A stretch of 63,535 nucleotides of DNA, the filler included. It is 4 parts of 4 records of this genome, joined end to end, with 100 filler letters (N's around TTAATTAATTAA, not from the genome) between each part and the next. Parts side by side here need not be neighbours in the genome. Positions count along the whole stretch, not along the records: positions 58,168 to 63,535 come from DRR723986_2931; 3 more parts are not named here. One strand, written 5' to 3'. Below are positions 58,386-63,535 of this stretch, piece by piece. Numbering within the stretch: position 1 is the stretch's first letter; every line of letters starts with the position of its first letter. A program made the translations under genes and the position numbers. The notes under the pieces are model-generated. The model was not told the DNA's origin. It was given only the letters and a program-made list of their open reading frames with translations, and made no database searches.

Positions 58386-59732
58386 TTACAAAAACACCCG
58401 TTCCACCACCCAAAACGCCCCCACAGCCCCGATGAATACCGACGCCGGAACCGCAACAAAGCGGCGATAGCTGTCAAGCTGATCGACAAAAAACACCGAC
58501 AGCATGCACAGCACCATCAAACCTGCGGCACCCCATAAAAACACCGCATCAGGCAGCCACGCGCCCTGCCCCATGGCCTGCACCACTGAAAGCGCCAGAA
58601 AACCCAATGCACCCGCCACATAGCCCCAGCCCGCCACACCAGACACCATGCGCCCCAGATCCACGCGCTGCGCCGCCGCCACCAATAAAAACGCCAGCGC
58701 CACCACGGTCAGCTGGCCAACTTCCACACCGATATTAAAGCCAATCAGCGCAGGAACAAATTGCCCCTCGGGCAGGCCAAATTCGCCCAAAACGCTGGCA
58801 AAGCCCAGCCCGTGCAACAGCCCAAAGCCAAAAACAACAGCCGGGCGCCAGGGGCTTAGCCCGCGCGAGGTGATGTTTTCAACCGCCACAAACACGATCG
58901 AGGCCGCAATCAGCGGCTCGACAATCGCGCCAGGCACAGTGACCCAGCCCAAAGCGCCCAAGGCCAGGGTGACGGTGTGGGCCAGGGTAAAGGCGCTGAT
59001 CTGCCACAGTAATGCGCTAAACCGGGTGCTTAGGAAAAACAGGCCCAAGACGAACAAAATATGATCCATCCCCTTGGGCAAGATATGGTCAAACCCCACC
59101 GGAATATACGAGAAAAACACCGCCGCGCCGCTGGCCGGCGCGCCGGGGCCGCCTAGGGGAATATCGGGCGATGCCTGCCCGCCGGTGATATAGCCAGTAT
59201 AGGCCGGATCAACCCCTTGTTGGCGCAGCACCAAATCACCAAACCCTGTGGGCCAAAACAACGCCATGGTTTGGCTGCCTTGGGCAATGGCCGCGCTAAA
59301 GCGCAGCTGCGAGACGCGCGGCAAGCTTTGATCGGTTTGCCCGTCCACCTCGGCACCCAGCAGCGCAAGCGGCGCCTCGGCGCCATCCAGTGTCAGCCGC
59401 AGGCCTGCCATCATCTTGGGCCAATCCGCGGTGATCTGTGCCGCAAGCTGGGCGGTATCCAGCGCGCGCAGGCGGTCATACTCGGCCGCATTGGGGGCAT
59501 TTTCGGTATTTTCCAAGCCATCCAGGTTGATACCCGCCAGCAGCGCCTCGGCATTCAGGCGCAGTGTTAGCAAAACTGTGCCCTCTTTTGCCTCGATATC
59601 GGCAACGGTGGGCAGCACCTCGTGGGCCTGGGCGGGTTTTGGCGCGCCAAGTGCTGCAATCACGCCCAGCAGGGCCATAACGGCCACAATAGCGCTTGAC
59701 TTGGCCAGCATTTGCGCCAGCCTCTGGCCCAT
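58386..59732 (-). CDS. HupE/UreJ family membrane protein (start uncertain: 59711, 59732 or 59759)
   Basis: AQA|HE mature start, GFDHI...DHILF, FTLAHTVTL, FGLLHGLGFA, FNIGVEVGQ. Confidence 0.88.
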   Translation of the reverse strand: MGQRLAQMLAKSSAIVAVMALLGVIAALGAPKPAQAHEVLPTVADIEAKEGTVLLTLRLNAEALLAGINLDGLENTENAPNAAEYDRLRALDTAQLAAQITADWPKMMAGLRLTLDGAEAPLALLGAEVDGQTDQSLPRVSQLRFSAAIAQGSQTMALFWPTGFGDLVLRQQGVDPAYTGYITGGQASPDIPLGGPGAPASGAAVFFSYIPVGFDHILPKGMDHILFVLGLFFLSTRFSALLWQISAFTLAHTVTLALGALGWVTVPGAIVEPLIAASIVFVAVENITSRGLSPWRPAVVFGFGLLHGLGFASVLGEFGLPEGQFVPALIGFNIGVEVGQLTVVALAFLLVAAAQRVDLGRMVSGVAGWGYVAGALGFLALSVVQAMGQGAWLPDAVFLWGAAGLMVLCMLSVFFVDQLDSYRRFVAVPASVFIGAVGAFWVVERVFL

Positions 59733-59751
59733 GACCCAGTTGTTTCGCAGC

Positions 59752-60561
59752 ATGTTCACCCTACCCCTTGCTTTATTCGCTATGCTGGGCGCCTATGCCA
59801 CGCCAGCCCAGTCTCATGAAGTATGGCTTGAGCCGCAAACATATCAAGTAGAGGCAGGGCAAGACGTTGATATTCGCATCCGCAATGGGCAGCGGTTTTC
59901 GGGCATTTCCCTGCCATGGTTTGAGCGCAATATCGGCGCGGTTGCGGTGCTGGAACAGGGCACGCCCCGCCCCATCACAGGGCGTTTGGGTGATGATCCC
60001 GCCATTCGCCTGGCCCAGCCTGCGCCGGGGCTTGCTGTGGTTGGCTACCAATCGGCCGGTGATACGCTGACTTATACAGAGGCCGCGAAATTCGCAGCTT
60101 TTGCCGAAGAAAAAGACTTGGGCGATCTGGTGCAGGCCCATGCTGCGCGTGGCCTGCCAGATACCGGCTTTCAAGAACGGTATTGGCGCTATTCCAAAAC
60201 CTATGTGGCCGTTGCACCCATAGGCGATGTGGCGCCTGGTTTTGATGCGGGGTTTGGGTATGAGACCGAATTTTTCCTGCGCACAAACCCCTATCAAGGC
60301 GGTGCAGCGCCGCTGCTGGATATCGAGCTGCGCTATGCCAATCAGCCGCGTGCCGATGCGCAAATAGAGGTCTTTGCAAAGGCCCCCGATGGCACGCTGG
60401 CAATTGATCGGCTGCGCACCGATGCCCAGGGCCGCGCGCAGCTGCGTGCGCAGCGCGGGTATGTCTACTTGCTTGATGCGGTGGTCATGCGCCCGCTGCC
60501 GGGCAATGAGGGCCCGGTTTGGGAATCGCTATGGGCCTCGGCCACATTTTTGGTGCCGTAA
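59752..60561 (+). CDS. DUF4198 family exported protein
   Basis: Signal peptide, then HEVWLEP; E.Y.RYSK, TDAQGRA, WASATF. Confidence 0.82.
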   Translation: MFTLPLALFAMLGAYATPAQSHEVWLEPQTYQVEAGQDVDIRIRNGQRFSGISLPWFERNIGAVAVLEQGTPRPITGRLGDDPAIRLAQPAPGLAVVGYQSAGDTLTYTEAAKFAAFAEEKDLGDLVQAHAARGLPDTGFQERYWRYSKTYVAVAPIGDVAPGFDAGFGYETEFFLRTNPYQGGAAPLLDIELRYANQPRADAQIEVFAKAPDGTLAIDRLRTDAQGRAQLRAQRGYVYLLDAVVMRPLPGNEGPVWESLWASATFLVP

Positions 60562-60619
60562 GCCCCGGCAGGGTGCTTGCCCCCTTGTGGCCCTGCGCGC
60601 TGCGGTGCATCTATTGATC

Positions 60620-61510
60620 ATGACCCCCGCCCATATTCTTTGTATCGGATCGGTCCTTTGGGACATTATCGGGCGCAGCGCGCAGCCCATGCCGCTTGGG
60701 GCTGACCGGCCCGGGCGCATCACAATGTTGCCCGGGGGTGTGGCCCTGAATATCGCCATGGCGCTGGCCCGCGCGGGCCACCGCCCGGCGCTGCTGTCGG
60801 TTTTGGGCCAAGACCCCGAGGGCGATGCCCTGCTGGCGGCCTGTGCGCGTTTGGGGCTGGATACGCGCTATGTAACCCGCGCCGCAGACCTGCCCACAGA
60901 TCGCTATATGGCCATCGAGGGGCCCGAGGGACTGTGCGCGGCGGTTGCCGATGCCCATAGCCTTGAACAGGCCGGCATGCGCATTTTGGCCCCGCTTTTT
61001 GACGGGCGCCTGGGCGGGCGTGATGCAGCCTTTCAGGGCTGTGTGGCGATGGATGGCAATCTGGCGCCAGATGTTTTGGCCAGCTGCGCCAGCGCCCCGG
61101 AATTGGCGGGGTGCGATTTGCGGCTGGCGCCTGCCTCGCCGGGTAAGGCGCTGCGCCTGATGCCCTTTCTGGGCCATGAAGGGGCGGTGTTTTACACCAA
61201 TCTCGAAGAGGCAGGGCTGATCTGCGGGCAGGCTCTGCCCGATGCCCCCACCGCGGCCCAGATGCTGGTGGCCAAGGGGGCGGCGCGTGCTTTGGTCACA
61301 GATGGTGCCGGCATTGCCGCCGATGCCTGCGCCACCACCTGCCACACCGGCCAGCCGCCGCGCGTTGCGGTGGCGCGCATCACCGGGGCGGGCGATACAT
61401 TTATGGCAGCCCATATCGCCGCGGAATTGGCCGGCCGCCCCCGTGCCGCCGCGCTGCAAATGGCGCTTGTCAGCGCCGCGCACTATGTTTCTGGAAAGGA
61501 TACCGCATGA
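60620..61510 (+). CDS. PfkB family kinase, probably pseudouridine kinase
   Basis: PGGVALNIA, TGAGDTF; overlaps psuG by 4 nt. Confidence 0.85.
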   Translation: MTPAHILCIGSVLWDIIGRSAQPMPLGADRPGRITMLPGGVALNIAMALARAGHRPALLSVLGQDPEGDALLAACARLGLDTRYVTRAADLPTDRYMAIEGPEGLCAAVADAHSLEQAGMRILAPLFDGRLGGRDAAFQGCVAMDGNLAPDVLASCASAPELAGCDLRLAPASPGKALRLMPFLGHEGAVFYTNLEEAGLICGQALPDAPTAAQMLVAKGAARALVTDGAGIAADACATTCHTGQPPRVAVARITGAGDTFMAAHIAAELAGRPRAAALQMALVSAAHYVSGKDTA

Positions 61511-62427
61511 GCGCCGCCCCCATCACCCTCAGCCCCGAAGTGGCCGCCGCCCGTGCCCAAGCCCGCCCCATCGTGGCGCTGGAAAGCACAATTATCACCC
61601 ATGGCATGCCCTATCCGCGCAATCTGGAAACCGCGCAGGCGGTCGAGGCCGCGGTGCGCCAGGCCGGTGCCGTGCCTGCCACGATTGCCGTGCTTGATGG
61701 GCAGTTGCACGCGGGCCTATCCGAGGGCCAATTGCAGGGCCTTGCACAGGCCAAGGGCGTGGCCAAGCTGAGCCGCGCTGATATGGCCGCTTGTATGGTG
61801 ACAGGCGGCACCGGCGCCACAACCGTTGCCGCCACCATGATTGGGGCCCAATTGGCCGGTATCGAGGTGTTTGCCACAGGCGGCATCGGCGGGGTGCATC
61901 AGGGCGCCGAGCTTAGCTTTGATATATCGGCAGATTTGCAGGAGCTGGCCCAAACCCCCGTTACCGTGGTTTGTGCCGGGGCAAAGGCGATTTTGGATTT
62001 GCCAAAAACCTTGGAAGTGCTGGAAACATTAGGCGTGCCCACCATTGCCTATGGCCAAGATGATTTCCCCGCCTTTTGGTCGCGCAGATCTGGGCTGCGG
62101 GCGCCTTTGCGCATGGATCGCGCGGCCCAAATCGCCGCCGCCCACCGTTTGCGGGCGCAGATGGGGCTGCGGGGCGGGCAATTGGTGGCCAATCCGGTGC
62201 CAGAAGCCAGCGAAATACCCGCCCGCGAATTGGCGCAGGCGATTGCCATTGCCAATGCCGATGCCCAGGCCAAGGGCATTCAGGGCAAGGCGGTTACGCC
62301 CTTTTTGCTGGCGCGCATTCTGGATCTGACGGGCGGGCGATCGCTGGAGACGAATATCGCGCTGGTTTTGAACAATGCCAGGCTGGCCGCAGAAATTGCC
62401 CATGCGCTGGCCAGCCCTGCCGCGTAG
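61507..62427 (+). CDS. psuG: Pseudouridine-5'-phosphate glycosidase
   Basis: VALESTIITHGMPYP, ATTVAAT, FATGGIGGVH, GKAVTPFLL. Confidence 0.96.
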   Translation: MSAAPITLSPEVAAARAQARPIVALESTIITHGMPYPRNLETAQAVEAAVRQAGAVPATIAVLDGQLHAGLSEGQLQGLAQAKGVAKLSRADMAACMVTGGTGATTVAATMIGAQLAGIEVFATGGIGGVHQGAELSFDISADLQELAQTPVTVVCAGAKAILDLPKTLEVLETLGVPTIAYGQDDFPAFWSRRSGLRAPLRMDRAAQIAAAHRLRAQMGLRGGQLVANPVPEASEIPARELAQAIAIANADAQAKGIQGKAVTPFLLARILDLTGGRSLETNIALVLNNARLAAEIAHALASPAA

Positions 62428-62495
62428 CGCATGCCCCTTCCGCGTAGCGCATGCCCCTGCCGCGTAGCGCATGCCCCTACCGCGTAGCGCATGCC
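62414..62495. repeat. Four 20-bp tandem repeats overlapping the psuG stop codon
   Basis: Unit CGCGTAGCGCATGCCCCT(T/G/A)C; the last copy is partial. Confidence 0.9.
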
Positions 62496-62554
62496 ATTGT
62501 GGGCGGCGATGAAACTACATACATAGGGCCTGACACAGTGCAGGGTTTGCCGAA

Positions 62555-63310
62555 ATGACATCGCCATTCGAGGATTTACCCAATCCCAAACATCGCAAAC
62601 CCGGGCTGTTTGCCAGTTTGCGGTCGTCTTTTCTGACGGGCATCGTGGTGATCGCCCCGGTGGGGCTGACGATATGGTTGTTTTGGTCGCTGATCGGGTG
62701 GGTCGATAGTTTCGTGCTGCCCTTTGTGCCGCAGGCCTATCAACCCGATGAATTGCTGCTGCGCGTTTTGGGCCCCGACGCTTATGCCAAATGGATTGGC
62801 GACGAGGGGCATTTGAACATTCGCGGCGTGGGCGTGGTGTTTTTCTTGCTGTTCACCATCCTTGTTGGGTGGCTGGCCAAGGGCATTGCCGGGCGCTCGC
62901 TGATCCGCACGGCCGAGCGACTGGTCGATCGTATGCCGGTCGTGCGCTCGGTCTATAGCGGGGTCAAGCAGATTGCCGAAACCGTTTTGGCCCAAAGCGA
63001 TAGCAGCTTTGAAAAAGCCTGCCTGATCGAATACCCCCGCCGGGGCATTTGGGCCATTGGGTTTGTCTCTACCCGCGCCAAGGGCGAGGTGGCGCTGAAA
63101 GGCGGCGATGGCACGCCCTTGCTCAGCATTTTCGTGCCCACAACCCCCAACCCAACGTCGGGGTTTTTGCTGTATTTCCCCGAAACCGAGGTGATCGAGC
63201 TGGATATGAGCGTGGAAGACGCGGCCAAGCTGGTGATTTCTGCGGGGCTTGTCTACCCAAACCCGAAAGATCCGGCCAAACCGGCCAAGGCCCCTGCCCC
63301 GGCCGGCTAA
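62555..63310 (+). CDS. DUF502 family membrane protein
   Basis: FLTG, P.VRSVY..VKQ, EYPR.G, VPTTPNPTSGF. Confidence 0.9.
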   Translation: MTSPFEDLPNPKHRKPGLFASLRSSFLTGIVVIAPVGLTIWLFWSLIGWVDSFVLPFVPQAYQPDELLLRVLGPDAYAKWIGDEGHLNIRGVGVVFFLLFTILVGWLAKGIAGRSLIRTAERLVDRMPVVRSVYSGVKQIAETVLAQSDSSFEKACLIEYPRRGIWAIGFVSTRAKGEVALKGGDGTPLLSIFVPTTPNPTSGFLLYFPETEVIELDMSVEDAAKLVISAGLVYPNPKDPAKPAKAPAPAG

Positions 63311-63315
63311 GCCCC

Positions 63316-63535
63316 TTACAGCGCGGTCCAGCCACCATCGACGCTGATCGTGGTGCCGGTGATTTGTGCCGCCGCCTCCGAGCATAAAAACACCGTTGTG
63401 CCGCCCAGCTGTTCGGTGGTGGCAAAGGCGCGCGATGGCTGGCGTTCTAGCATCACCTTGGCGATCACCTCGTCGCGGCCCATGTTGTGGGTTTTCATCT
63501 GGTCTGGGATCTGCGCCTCGACCAAGGGGGTCAGC
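63316..63535 (-). CDS. bdhA: 3-hydroxybutyrate dehydrogenase, 3' fragment
   Basis: TPLVEAQIPD...ERQPS..F...ITGTTISVDGGWTA. Confidence 0.85.
   Translation of the reverse strand, partial: LTPLVEAQIPDQMKTHNMGRDEVIAKVMLERQPSRAFATTEQLGGTTVFLCSEAAAQITGTTISVDGGWTAL

Overview
The window is four sequence fragments joined by three identical 100-bp linkers (44 N + TTAATTAATTAA + 44 N, at 21665-21764, 33703-33802 and 58068-58167), so adjacency across a linker carries no meaning. Fragment A (1-21664) is from an FCB-group/Bacteroidota-like bacterium (T9SS C-terminal domains, TAnnTTTG promoters; Kapabacteria-like by inference). It carries ffs and rng-dxr-rseP-surE, two Kelch-propeller T9SS cargo genes, a flippase, ftsX, tRNA-Arg(TCT), two paralogous T9SS cargo genes, and a shared repeat at both fragment ends. 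Fragment B (21765-33702) and fragment D (58168-63535) are high-GC Rhodobacteraceae-like housekeeping DNA. B has two aminotransferases, an MsbA-like ABC transporter, ygfZ, pssA-psd, efp, DUF6280, cobQ, pcm-tolC plus a PopZ-like gene, and a partial tRNA. D has the rpsB 5' end and leader, HupE/UreJ, DUF4198, psuK-psuG, DUF502 and a partial bdhA. Fragment C (33803-58067) is Burkholderiales (Limnobacter-like by inference): icd, sodB, xseA, exbB-exbD-lpxK-ycaR-kdsB-adk, murJ, rpsT, folE2-dxs-ispA-xseB, a Rieske oxygenase, GntR, DMT, ZIP, DLH, polA, LOG and thrB. I found no cas gene, integrase, transposase, reverse transcriptase or recognisable defence gene, and cannot claim a complete new system. 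The best leads are a divergent PopZ-like scaffold, an IHF x2 + DnaA-box cluster, a highly structured leader between ffs and rng, a Kelch + double polyglycine T9SS protein, and an unnamed dispersed repeat at both ends of fragment A. All family and taxon calls come from motif recognition and recalled gene order, not database searches.
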